Position numbers and translations under genes: made by a program. Shown here in pieces: positions 51,996-64,000 of a stretch of 64,000 bases of DNA; the first letter of the stretch is position 1, and every line of letters starts with the position of its first letter. The DNA is from Vermamoeba vermiformis (Eukaryota), in contig JBEWZL010000087.1 of assembly GCA_045837725.1 (NCBI GenBank), positions 62,001 through 126,000 of the forward strand, written 5' to 3'. Below the pieces are notes generated by a model. That model did not search any database. It was not told where the DNA came from and saw only the letters and a program-made list of their open reading frames with translations.

Positions 51996-54690
51996 ATGAA
52001 GGCATTGATACTAATAACCGCGTAAGTATTTACTTGACACATATTACTTGGATGCTAATTTTAACCCAACGTTTCTAGATTTTATTGTGCTTTCGGGGCT
52101 GCATCTGTGTTGGATGCGCGCATTCCGGTAATTACTACATTCACCGGAGGACGTCCTGCAGTACTACCCGATTCTTCTGATCCAACGTATCTTTGGCCTA
52201 AAGCAGTAGCGGATGAACTTCCAACTCTTGCATCGATGGAGTCTGATATGACTTCTAAAGCTACTCATACCGCTGTATCTAGCGGCAAATGGTCTGCGAC
52301 ATCTACTTGGGGCGGCTCATCGATCCCTGGCGCTGGTTCAGTCGTTCGTATCCCATCTAACATCGTGGTTGTCTACGATGTTGACAGCGATGTTGCATTG
52401 AAAGACGTGCTTGTTCAAGGCACTCTTCGTTGGGCACGTGATCAACGTACCAAGATGCGCGTCGAAACTATCTTCACGACCAACACAAGCTTTCTGGACA
52501 TGGGCACGACTGCTGATCCGATCCCTGAATCCGGCATTGCTGGCACTCCTCAAGCACATATCATCTACGAAGGTGCCAATCCTACGACTACTATGCGATT
52601 AGGCCTCGTTACATCTGGATCCGTTCGTATTTGTGGTGCTGCTAAGCCGGAAAAGCTTGAAGTATCAGTGGATCCACGTGCTGGTGACACAACAATTCAG
52701 CTCAATGGTGACGTTAGCAAATGGCAAGTTGGCGACAAAATCATCGTAGTTGCTATGAGCGATGGAGGAAAGGCCACTTCAGACCCTCAGTACACTGGCC
52801 CTACGAGCTACTTTGACGCTACTGGCCAGGCTCCAGAAAACAGCCCTGAAGGTCACAGAATCGGTGACTGGGCGTTTGTTGGCTACAAGAAGTCCAACGA
52901 TGAAGTTAGAACTATTACTGCTATCAATGGCAACACTATTACCTTGGATACTGCTCTTCAATATGACCACATCTCCAGATCCGCTACTCTTCCTCGTGGA
53001 CAAAGCGTCAAGATTACAGCGATTGTTGCCAGTCTTTCTCGCTCAATCCGCTTCGAATCCGCTACTCCCAAGGGCTACCGTGGTCACAACATGTTCATGC
53101 ACAGCGATGACGTTGTTGTGCGTTGGGCTGAAGCTTTGAACATGGGCAGAACTCGTCAAGACCCTTCACTTTACGCCACTAACAACGACTTGCTGGACAA
53201 AGAAGGCGGTACCTCAGTGATGGATTCTAACAACGTCCGCGGTCGCTATCCTTGGCACACTCATTTGGCCGGTCCTAGCTTTGCTCGCAAGATGGTGGTA
53301 CGTGCAAACTCTAACGCATCACTTGATAGGTTTCTTAATCGATTTTGCTCGCAGATCTTTGAAGGCCTCTCAGCTTGGGCACCTTCGGACGAGGTCCCTC
53401 AACCTGGTTGGGCCATTACTCAGCACGGAGGCCGTGCTGCCATCGAGAAGTGCGTTGTGTACAATGTCCGAGGTGCTGGAATTGTGTCTGAACTTGGTGA
53501 CGAGATTGGGCAGTGGTTGCACAACGTTGTTTGCTGGGTTCGTGGAGACGGCTTCAGATATGGCTGGGGACGTCGTGGCGAACGAAAAATCAATCATCAT
53601 GGCTCTGCTGGCGTGGCTTATGAAAATCAAGCTCGTCAAATTCTGCAAAAATGGAACTGGGCTACGTCTTCGAACATTGGCTGGTCGTTCTTGCAACAGA
53701 TCAGTGATTCTTTGACACGTGTGCCCGATCACCGCGCTCTTCGATTCTTTGATCCTTGGGTTGGCGGCGGAGCTCCCGGCATTGGCGACATGAACGAGGG
53801 CTATGGAGTTGAACAGGCTCAAATCCCTGAGTGGCAAGACAACGTTTGTGTCGGGGTTGGCGATGGCTTTTTCGTTGCCCACAGACAATACACCAACCGC
53901 CAAGATCAATTGCCTATGATTGCTAAGAACTACCCTGTTGGGTGAGCCTTTTTTTTAAATTTTTTTGGTGGTTTTTTTTTTTTTTTTGGTGGGGGAAAGG
54001 GGGGTTTTTTTGGGATTTTTTTTTTTGTTTTTTTTTTTTTTTTGGGTTTTTTTTTTTGGGGGGGGGGGCAAATTTGGCGACAACATCATTCAGCCTCGTC
54101 CTTCGCCGTACAAGAACGACAACGAAGTTAACTTCAACCCTGCTACTTTTACTATGATCAACATGACGAACAATGTCTTAGACGTCAATGCTAATAGAGT
54201 CTATCCGCTTGCTTTTCAAGGCACAATTTCTGACGGATTCGGTACGCGACCTTACCCTCATTGGTCCTGGTTCGACGCTCCTGCTGACGAAGGCGTCCGT
54301 GAGTGGCAGAGAAGCACCGAAATTCCAGCGAGAATAGTTGAGCGTAATGGATGCTTCTATGACGATTCTGAAGGCGAATGGAAATCGCGGATGTACTTCA
54401 TCGACCACAACAGATTGACTGGAGATTATCTGATCATTCCTATCGACATTACGTTGAAGAATTTCAATACGACCTTCCTTGAAGCCAATAAGATCGTTCC
54501 TCAGCCTCCTACATTGCCTCTGCTCCCCGAATCCATTTCTGACGATGCAACCGTTCCGCCAGATAATTATCTCTCTCCAGATAGCCCTAATAATCCAACT
54601 AATGTTCCCTCAGCTGTGAGTAATGCATACAGATTTTTGTTCTCTTACGTGTCTATTGTTGCAGTTGTCATCATGTCTTTGTATTTTTAG
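51996..54690 (+). CDS. G8-domain, beta-helix-type secreted/membrane-anchored protein; interrupted by low-complexity tract
   Basis: Signal peptide 'MKALILITA/FYCAFG'; G8 'SGKWSATSTWGGSSIPGAGSVVRIP', 'WQVGDKIIV', 'GRYPWHTH'; P-rich stalk and C-terminal hydrophobic tail. Confidence 0.8.
53942..54069. other. T/G low-complexity tract, likely sequencing/assembly artifact
   Basis: Runs of T and G with almost no A/C, abruptly within otherwise clean coding sequence, with a frame change across it. Confidence 0.75.
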
Positions 54691-54874
54691 ATCGACTACA
54701 AAATTGATTTGTTCGCCACCAACTTTAAACGAAATGCAATAAATGATCGTAGTGTATTAATATACCATTAGTTGCCTCACTGCTTACAATACTTAATTGG
54801 CCCTACAAACGTCTGAAAGAAGGCAAGACAAAGAACCAAAACTATTTTACTGACTACGGAGTCTTGACCCTATA

Positions 54875-56483
54875 ATGGTAAAATTATTAAAGCAGAAATT
54901 AGCATAAAGAATTTGGTATAAATTATTTGGTGAACGAGCGAGAATAATTAGAGATTAAATAATAAAATTATTAATTTCTTTTATTTTATTATAGGAGCTA
55001 CCAAACGATATTAAGCGCTGTATAGCCTCGTATCTCGATGAAAAATCCAAATGGAAATTATATAGGACGTCACGAGAATGGAAGTATCTCTTGTGCTGGA
55101 CGGATTTCCTGATCGAAGGATTTATCAACGACGAACAAGTGAAAGAGATCGCCCAGCATATGCAATTATATCATCGAACGCCTATTGGATTAGAGTTTAT
55201 GGAGCTCATTAATATTACAATTGAAAGCTTAAAGTGGATCTCGAATTTAACGCATCTTACAACCCTTGGTTTAGGCAGTTACCAAAATAATGGCCCGGTT
55301 CAAGATCTGTCGGAATATTTAACTTCATTAAGCAATTTGCAAAGCTTAGAATGCATCAGACTAAGCGAACAAGCCTATCAACATTTAACAAATTTGACGA
55401 ATTTATCGACTGGCTGGTTTTATCCAATTAATTATCCGAAATTACGATCATTATCTATAATATGCAACAATTCAATAGTATCTCCAATTGATCTGGCCAA
55501 ATGGAATATCAGCACTTTAACAGCACTCACTTTAAGTCGAACTGGTTTGCGGATGTGTCAAGCTTTAGCGACTCAATTAACGACCTTGAAATACTTGAAT
55601 ATAAGAAACTGCAACTATGATATGGAAGGAGAAGATGCATTCAAGAATCTGACAGCTATTGATTTGAAACATATGACGCGATTAGAGTATTTGGCCGTTG
55701 GGTTAATTTTGACCGATTTTCCAACGATTTTAACAACGTTGAAAATTGATGCAGAATATATTCAATTAGAAAATACTATCAAATATACAACCAACTTACG
55801 GAACCTATCGTTAAATCCTCGACCCATGGCCGGCTTCAACATCGATTTTCGAAAATTTCCTTATTTGGAAACACTCTCAGTCTGTGGCGTGGCTTCAAAG
55901 AATATTAAAGAATTATCAGCGGAAAAATTAAATCGATTGCTATATAGCTAATTCAGCAGACATTACGGACCTTTCAAGATTAACGTCATTGCGAGATCTG
56001 ATCGTGGATAATTGCAGCTTTGATAGTATTGATATATTTACTACATTAACGAATTTGACAAGTTTATGCATAAGACACAATGAAGAAATTACCGTTGAAA
56101 TCCATCAACTTACCAAGTTGAACGAGTTATATTTACATTTGAAAGCAAATCGAGTTAATCTTAAAATATCAAAATTAACGAATTTGACACTATTGGACGT
56201 AAGAAATTTCGACCAATTTCCTTATTTGGAAGTGCCGACATCATTAGCGAGCCTTACGATTCAAGCATTGACACCCGAACCAAACTCAATAGATCTATCG
56301 GTATATACAGCCCTCTATGGTTTAACTAGACTACGAATTACCGAGGCATTAGTCAATTCTTGGAACTGTTTGCCTGAATTTACCGCTCTACGGAATCTTA
56401 GTCTCGTTGATTCAAAGAGTGATACAGTTCAAGATACTTATGCTTCAGTCTTGACCAACTTGGTATTCGATTACTATTTTTGA
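54875..56483 (+). CDS. F-box + leucine-rich repeat protein; +1 frameshift at ~55940
   Basis: ATG|intron|'ELPNDIKRCIASYLD...TSREW' F-box; many LTxLxxLxL repeats in ORFs 55091-55951 and 55989-56483. Confidence 0.8.
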
Positions 56484-56757
56484 ATGCAAGCATCTTAAAG
56501 AAGTTAAGCACAAACAAATCGGTCACCAAGTGTTTGTTTTTGCAAGTTGAAAAGTTGCACGAAAAAATAAAGCTGTAACCGTTAAATTCTCACGAGCATT
56601 TTCCGTTTATCTATCCCGGGAAATTTGTTGAGAAAAAATGTGTTACAAACTGCTGTTAAACTACCCATTATTAAATTCCAAAACTAACTATGCGAATGCA
56701 AATCTCGAGATGAGTTGCAAAAAAACCGTTGTTTTCTGTTTGAACAGATCTGTTTGT

Positions 56758-59700
56758 TTAATAATAATCGTGTACACGAACATGTCCTTGCACATCAAGT
56801 ATGACTTCATAACGACTATTAATAGCGATATGATTGGCTCGTGGCACATCCGTATTGTTCCGCCGTACTGCACTCCAAGTCAGGGTCTTCAAGTCCCAAA
56901 TCATGGTGAGACCGTATTTCCAAGCATCCATTAATAATCGATTATTAAGGACATCTACTGCGTGATTCACCGGCTGAAATAATAATTGCAAAGATTAGAC
57001 GCGATCTACGATAAAATAATATATTTCCTTATTTGGACGTACCGTAGCCCACACACCAATGAAATTGCGCTTCGGAAAAGTCACAGCTAAATTATAAATA
57101 TCACTTTCTTTGGTGTATCTATTGTCCAAAGCAATAAAGCCATCGTTCTTAGTGAGTAAATATCGATGTTCGTCAATCACCGAAATAGATCCGAAGTGAT
57201 GGTACCAAGGTATAGGATGACCTTGCACTAATTTCAGATCTCGATCAAAAGTCTGAATGACACGTTTATCTCTGCTAAATGTCACTATTGTAGGTGACGG
57301 CAGAAATTTGTTGACTGCGAGAATTGAGGCTGTCTTAGCAGGCAACGAATTGAGTACTTTTTGTTGCTGAATATCGATCAAGACCAGGTCTGTAATTAAA
57401 CATTAAAATAGTTAGAGAAGAGCGCGAGGGATTTCAGGTGATTACCGAAAAACACTTAAAGATTGCATACTTGTATTGTACTAAATAGGGTTAAGGGTGC
57501 GGGGGTCATCAGAGAAATTTCTTCGAATTTATAATCTTTTGTTTAATGCGTACCCTTAAATACGTATGCTAGTAACTGAAACGAACAAATCAAAAAAAAA
57601 AAAAATGATCCCAAAATATCACGTGATTTTTAATGCCTAATTTGAACTTACTGTCGCCAGTGACCACGTGATTTTTGTCCAATGAAGAGATTTTGTACGA
57701 AGTCGATGCTTGTGGCAATAGAATAGATCCCGTAACTTTGGTCTGGGACATAATATTCACCATCGATTGGCTTCCTAAAATGTGTGCTGCAACAATCGGA
57801 TCACGTGATGCCGAAGATTCGACGAAACATGCGTCCATAAATGTAGGACATTGAATCAATGGTGGTTGTTCGTTAGTATCGCAGTTCCAAAATTGAACGC
57901 CGCCTGATACATTCCAACAGGCCCAGTGTTCGGAGAGTGTCATGTGCCACGCCACACGATCTGTTATTAAATCTCGCTTGGTGCACTTTCCAGTGATCCA
58001 ATTCGACGCCATTCTAAATCAAAAATAATAAATCAATCAAAAGCGACCAAAAGATGAGAGATTATTAAAACTACAAATAAATAACTTAATGACACTAAAT
58101 ATAGCAATTAAATGAAGCTAAACGAGATTCCAATGCCAAACGACGTCATTTAAAGTGACAAATGTCAAAGTGTCATAATATGTATATAAAAAGATTGAAC
58201 CAATATCAGTATATAATCGGATCAATTAAAATAGGTCTCTTGTCTCTGACGACCCAATAGGTCGTAAGTGTCAAAAATGTCAAAGTGTCATTTTTCCACA
58301 ACGTACCGTGAATTCGAATGCACAAGATTCTTCCAGTCATTAGCGCCGCTTTGATTGTACGCTGAAAACTTCAGCTCGTTGAACGTATTTTGAGCAACAT
58401 TTTTCCATAATAGCGGTGACGAATGCGTTGAGTACTTTTCACGCATTGCTTTTGAGAGCGAAAACAGTGCCATAACCTCTTGCAAAGATAAATAGGCTGC
58501 AAATAACGCTAATATATCCATAGGCAGTTGATCGATCGGAAATTGACCGATATTATTTTTCTTATTTGCATTTGCTATTCGATGTTCAGCTTGCTTTTTT
58601 GCCGTGGCAACTTTCTTTTGCTGTTTTCCATAGACTAAATCAAAATATGAGCAATCGCGGTTTAAAAAAGTTTTGTCAATTCCAAGAAAATTTATGAAAA
58701 TTAATTTGTACTGCTGACATTCAATACTTACATGATTCCAAGTCTCCCAAATGCAAATTTTCCGCGCCCAATTCTTTCAAGTAGGCGCATAAAAAAGTAT
58801 TGCTCGGAATTTTCAAAACGTCCGCGATTGGTCGGTTTTCCGCGACCAGGATCTCCAAGGCTTGAGCGACTTCTACGATTTCAAGAATTAGCCGTTCAAT
58901 TCGATCTATCTTCATAGTATATATATAATTTGAATTTTCTTGCCTGGGAATTGCAAACTCATGTGTAATTTCTCGGCTCGTTGCACTACGCGGCTCAAAT
59001 TATCATTGCTGCGAAAATTCGATTAGTTACGTAAGAGTCGATCCTCGTATATATGTGTAACTATAATCTTACTGCAAGAAAAATTTGAGCAATTTCTTCT
59101 TCGGCAACAAACCGGAAATGTCGCGCACTGAGATCAGATCCGCTAAAGTTTTGCCGGATTTGGTTCGGACTAAAATTAGGATTAATTTCCAATCTTTTAA
59201 GGTTAATAAATATATCTTACTTCCTATAATGTCTCCTAACTTCGGTTTTGTTTGTTTGATAAATCTTCTGCCATTGTTCTGATAAAAATAAAACACTGGT
59301 GGAATTCCTTCAGGCCCACTTGACGTAAGTAGCAAATCACGTGCGTTTCGCAAGATGTATTGAAGCAATTGCCTCTTCGTATTGGCAACGATTTCCTTAC
59401 TCTCCAGCAACACAGTGATTACGGTCTTATCTAAAAAAGGCAAGTTTCAGTGAACGGATCTTGTACGAGAGCGATGCGGATCCAAACGTGGCATATACTA
59501 ATAATGATTTGAATAATACGTACGCTCGTGATTTTTCTTCCGAATATCCGCGCCAAGTTGCGTCAACAGAATAAACAGGCTGGGATAATTAACTGCAGCG
59601 AACAAACTCACGCAGCCATTATTGTAAGCTTCAAAATACGCCTTCATTCGCTCTTTTAATATTGGTTGATATATTTTGTTTTGTAACGATCGAATTTCTC

Positions 59701-60292
59701 GCTCTTTCTTGTATAACTTTACAATACGATCTGTTGAAAAGAAAAATGAGGAAGAATTAGCGGACTAATAACTGCAAGACTCCATTTTAATATTATGCTT
59801 ACATATCACTTTAGCCCAAGAAGCTTCATTAGCCTTATTTGGAGTGAGCTGAGCTGCCCCGCATTCAAAATCAACGATAACATGAGCGCAAGTCCAGCTT
59901 GAGTTCAAAATCGCCTATTATTTCGTATTAATATCGTTCGTATAATTTAATATCGACGTACGAATTCTAGAAGGTTAGATCCGTCAATTGGGCTGACGCA
60001 AATATTTTTTAACGCATCTGGAAGTTGTTGGAGAAGAGAAATCAAAGAAGCGTGATTATTTTGCTTTATAATTTCTAATAATAATTGCCGCCACTCTAAC
60101 GCTGATCTTGTTTCAAGCGACTTGCCGTCAAGACCTAAAGACTAAATTAATATTTTGGTAATTAGTAATTTAACGTTCTTTAATTAATTCTCATATATTT
60201 TGGGTCTTTTGAATGATTGTATTTAATTCGGTAAATAAAAACTGAAAATCAATCCAAGTCGCATACCTTGTGCCAGCACGTTAGCCTCCAAT
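56758..60292 (-). CDS. Protein with ankyrin-like/helical N-terminus, internal F-box and C-terminal beta-propeller-like region; start uncertain
   Basis: F-box 'IDQLPMDILALFAAYLSLQEVMALFSLSK...LW' is preceded by an in-frame acceptor (~58635) and further exons to ~60290; C-terminal 'VQFWN', 'VVTGD', 'MIWDLK' WD-like words. Confidence 0.6.
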
Positions 60293-60453
60293 CTACAAAA
60301 CTAGCTCGCAAAATGCTAACGAATATTATTGTCCAAGAAAAATAGGGAACGACTCGCTTTGTTGCAGTTCTGCGGTCGGCGAAATGAATGAAAGCTACAT
60401 CATTAAAATTTAACATTTTTAAAACTTAGTAAACACGAAAGAGCATACATAAT

Positions 60454-61494
60454 ATGGAAGACGAGTCCATATCAGTAAAATTTCAGGAACTCACGACCAC
60501 TGAAATTGAAGCACGAGAAAGGATAGCTCTCATTTCCGATCCCAGCGCAAAACTTACAGCTAAAGAAGTACAAGACAAGAATACCGAGGTCAGAGATATT
60601 ATTGCAAAATTAGAAAAAGATGTTGATGTAAGTACGCCCTGAATTTGCAAGACCAATTTTTCATTAAAAAAATAATCTTCAGAAAATTCATTTTAGGCTC
60701 CTAATTAACACTTTGTTACTCATACGCCTAATTAATAATGCTAAAATATATAGGGAGTTAAAAGAATGGCATACGAAAAAGATCTAGACGTCGCCGCAAA
60801 AGCTGACGTCAAATCGAAATTAGCCCGACACGAAAAAGAAATAGTAAAGTACGATTAATAATGATTCGATATGCGTTCGTTTGCTAATGCGCATTTAGCC
60901 TTAAAGAAAGCCTAAGGCAAGCCAATATCAAACATAAATTCTCGCTTCAAAAGCAAGCCTCACAAGAGCGAAAAATGCTATTAGAAGGCGGTGAAAAAAC
61001 TCTCCAAAAGCGCAAGATTAGGTACGAGTACTTTAGAAGCTCATTATTCCATAAACTCTTGATCTCTCGGACTCATCCGGTTTCCTCTAGGAGCAAAGAA
61101 GATGCTTTAAAAACATCAGAAGACGTTACAAATAGCTTAAGACGAGTACGGGAGCTAATGAGTAGTCAAGTCGATCACGGAAATGAAATTGTGAACGAGT
61201 TAGGTAAGACCTGCTGACCACCAGTTTTACTACGTCAGATCTCACTTCCAATGACTTATTTTTCATAACTTAGATGGCCAAGTTAAAGTCATCGGCAATG
61301 TTATTAATGAGCACGAGCAGCTTAGTGAAGATTTGCAGGTTGCTAAAGGATCCATAGGAAAACTTTTCAGGAGAGAAATTACCGATAAGATGCTGATGTA
61401 CTTTGTGGTCGGCTTCTTTATCTTCGTTTGCTTGTATATACTTAAAGTTCGACTAAGAATAAGCTTTGGATGGTTCTGGGGCATTTTTGGTTGA
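60454..61494 (+). CDS. SEC20: ER Qb-SNARE Sec20/BNIP1
   Basis: 'SEDVTNSLRRVRELMSSQV', 'KLFRREITDKMLMYFVVGFFIFVCLYILKVRL' SNARE motif plus tail anchor. Confidence 0.88.
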
Positions 61495-61516
61495 ATAAAG
61501 TTTGACCGATCTAACT

Positions 61517-62065
61517 TTATTTGTTTTTCTTCTTATTCTTGTTCTTATTGTTCTTCTTTTTCTTATTGTTATTATTTTTCTTCTTGCCATCTGCTGTTTT
61601 AGCGGCATTTGCTGATGTTAGCTCGTAGACAAACCTTCACACGAATAATTAATAATCGGGTGATTTTGGAAAACGCCAAAGAATATTTATGACAAGTTAA
61701 ATAGCAAAAAGTTAGCTTCTATATATTAGTATGAACGGCAAAAATATTTTTGGAATTTTCTGTGCCGTCAGTTTAAAGATCTATCGTGACACAAACGGAT
61801 CTTACCATTGAACGCTTATAAACAATAATATTGCCAATGTAAGCATGATATATAAATGAATTGATCGATAGCCAGTGAGGATCATGCTACCAAGAATTAA
61901 AATAAGGCCGATCAAGCTGACGTTGATCACGAGGATCAACTGCGACGGGATCTGACCGGGTTGATAGATACTGTCAAATATAATCTCCCAAAAAGTTTTG
62001 TTTTCATTCGATACTGTCGTTGTAGGAGCACTTTGGCTCTCGTCGTTTGTGTTAGTGTTGTCCAT
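61517..62065 (-). CDS. PKR1: ER membrane protein Pkr1 (V-ATPase assembly factor), 2 exons
   Basis: 'FWEIIFDSIYQPG...IHLYIML...ISVQW/FVYEL', two TM helices, ends in KKNK*. Confidence 0.8.
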
Positions 62066-62218
62066 GGCTGAAAAATTCTGACGAAGATCCACAGACGAAT
62101 AAACTTCTCCACAAGCGTTATAGTATCACAAGCTGTTACTATATTAAGTGATCATTTACATTTATTGTTATTATTATTATTTACGTTTCATACAAGGGTG
62201 ATACAAAATATTATTCGC

Positions 62219-63248
62219 TCATTCGTTCTTGGGCACTCCAAATGCGTAGAACTTGCTAGTGAAACTGCCTGAGCCTCCATAGTTCTCCAACTATACATGC
62301 AAATGATAAGTATCGATATCGGAGTTAATGGTCACCGAACGCTAGTACGTGACACCTACCACAATGTATTTAACGTATCGAGCAGTCACGGGCTCTTTTA
62401 AGGTAAACAAGTGATCACCAGCACGGTGCTCGATGTCTTCTTGCAAAACTTGAGTCCAATTCTCTTTATCGTCCGATACTTGGACTGCAATTTCTACGCA
62501 AAAGTCATAGTTAGAAATAACGTTTACACGACTGACTGTGCGTTCTTACTGGCTGGATTTTGATTGTTTTCACCGTGCAAATAAATTCCTAGCTTGTATA
62601 ATGTGGATTCAGCACCGAGCTTGAATATAATCCATTGAGGGACTGTCCGCAAGAGATAGTTAGAATCGGGTTACGTGGTGCACCTATTGCTATTTAATAC
62701 GTACATGAGGCTTTGACGTGAGTAAACCATACTTTGGAAGTAACTCTATCGAGCAAATTCAATGCACGTGACTCGTGGTGGCTAAACAACGCGATCAGTT
62801 AAACGATCCAGATGCAACTTGATAGAAATTGATTGAATAAATATTTAAAATAGGATAGCATTTAATTTATAAAATATATTGCCTATTCGACTGGTTCTGC
62901 AAATTTATTTCAGCGAGTGATTAAATAAAAATAATCTTATTGATAATTATCCGAGCTATTAAGCTTCGTGCTTCTTATAATGGAGTAATAATAATTTCAG
63001 TACGTCACAGAAAGTATTATTTAATTATTCGTCGCAAGTGGCCAACGAGCAAATCCACTCGATCGTATGATAAGACTTACTATTGACTTGAAAAAGAGTC
63101 TATTTCCGCACCGTTCTCAGCAACACATAAATTCTTCATTATTGCTATTTACACAGATGCTACGTGTTGTTACAGTTCAAAAAAAAAGTTTGAATAGGAC
63201 AGAACAGGCGGGAACTATTCGAACAACTTTCAATGAACCAAAACTCAT
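62219..63248 (-). CDS. Small F5/8 type C (discoidin-like / galactose-binding fold) protein; start tentative
   Basis: 'SFSSQY/HHESRALNLLD...WFT...PQWIIFKLG...QYSDDKENW...PVTARYVKY...SKFYAFG*'. Confidence 0.7.
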
Positions 63249-63611
63249 CCATATGGATGCAATAAGTACAAAATACATAATGGGACATATATCAGGCAAG
63301 AGAGAAGAGAATAAGCAAAGGCGTAGCGGTAATTGGAACCGTGTACTGTACTGCCGCGGTCTTAAGAGTAAGTCGCCTCACATCCTTTTCCTGAACAGCT
63401 TTTGTACTTAGTTCCGGCTACCCAAACCCACGCTGTTACAAGTAGACAGCGGGCCATCTGATAAAGCCATCTCGCAATCATAAACACGGAGGGTGGGACA
63501 ACTCGATTAACGAAATTTGCCTCCAAAACGAAAAAATGAGGTCCCAGCACGTAGATAAGCAAAAAAAAGGTGGAGCCAGAGGCGCAGAAGGGCTAAAAAG
63601 CAAAAAAGAAA

Positions 63612-63685
63612 TGGTTCCACTCGGAATCGAACCGAGGACCTACTGCGTGTTAAGCAGATGTGATAACCAACTACACCATGGAACC
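63612..63685 (-). tRNA. tRNA-Val(AAC)
   Basis: GGTTCCA acceptor stem, D-arm TGGTGTAGTTGGTT, anticodon loop TTAACAC, T-loop GGTTCGATTCC, T-run terminator. Confidence 0.97.
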
Positions 63686-64000
63686 TTGTTGGTGCGAAGC
63701 CGCGGAACGAAATTGACTCGCCCGCAAAAATCGAACCAGGCGTGCTGCAAGGCTTATAGCGATAGGTAAGTACTGTTATGTTCGCCCAATGTTCCACGGA
63801 GTTTTGCAGAGATTGTCTGTTCTTCTTGCGTTGGGGTGAAAGTGCGGGCAAGATTTCGCACACTCGAGAAGTGCAAACAAAAAGAAAACGTCGATTTCTA
63901 TCGCTTAGATCAAGTACGAGGAGGCGCTAGGCTTCGATCAATGCAGAATAGGATTATAGTTGTGAACTGCTCCAAGTATGATAGATATTATTTTTAATAT

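Noticed and set aside
63766-63775. ACTTACCT on the minus strand resembling the U1 snRNA 5' end
   Set aside because: No U1 stem-loop I/II motifs follow; it is simply the complement of a splice-donor word.
1-64000. Prokaryotic systems (CRISPR arrays, operons, IS elements) or an alternative genetic code
   Set aside because: No spaced repeat arrays or transposases seen; fragmented ORFs are explained by spliceosomal introns, and TAA, TAG and TGA all terminate intact genes.

Overview
Gene-dense, intron-rich eukaryotic DNA (standard code, short AT-rich GT-AG introns, often with CTAAY branch points), most consistent with a free-living amoeba-like protist; the taxon is an inference. The ORF track mostly shows exon fragments, so genes were assembled by hand across splice sites and all family calls are motif recognition without database searches. 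Recognisable genes: a CRIB/coiled-coil/VCA WASP-family actin nucleator (5'-truncated), ERO1, a cytochrome P450, a signal-peptide JmjC oxygenase, phospholipase B-like, crooked neck (CRNKL1), phosphohistidine phosphatase, INCENP, an SQOR homolog, alpha-COP, a mitochondrial carrier, a G8-domain surface protein, SEC20, PKR1, a discoidin/F5-8-like protein, tRNA-Thr(AGT) and tRNA-Val(AAC). Interleaved are six F-box genes with five different partner modules (helical repeats, ankyrin x2, three tandem Ras-like domains, LRR, beta-propeller), three of them carrying +1 frameshifts. Most notable: an F-box fused to three degenerate small-GTPase domains, an SQOR lacking both catalytic cysteines, and a Rac-exon/NBR1 chimeric pseudogene. 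A T/G low-complexity tract at ~53.94-54.07 kb looks like an assembly artifact.
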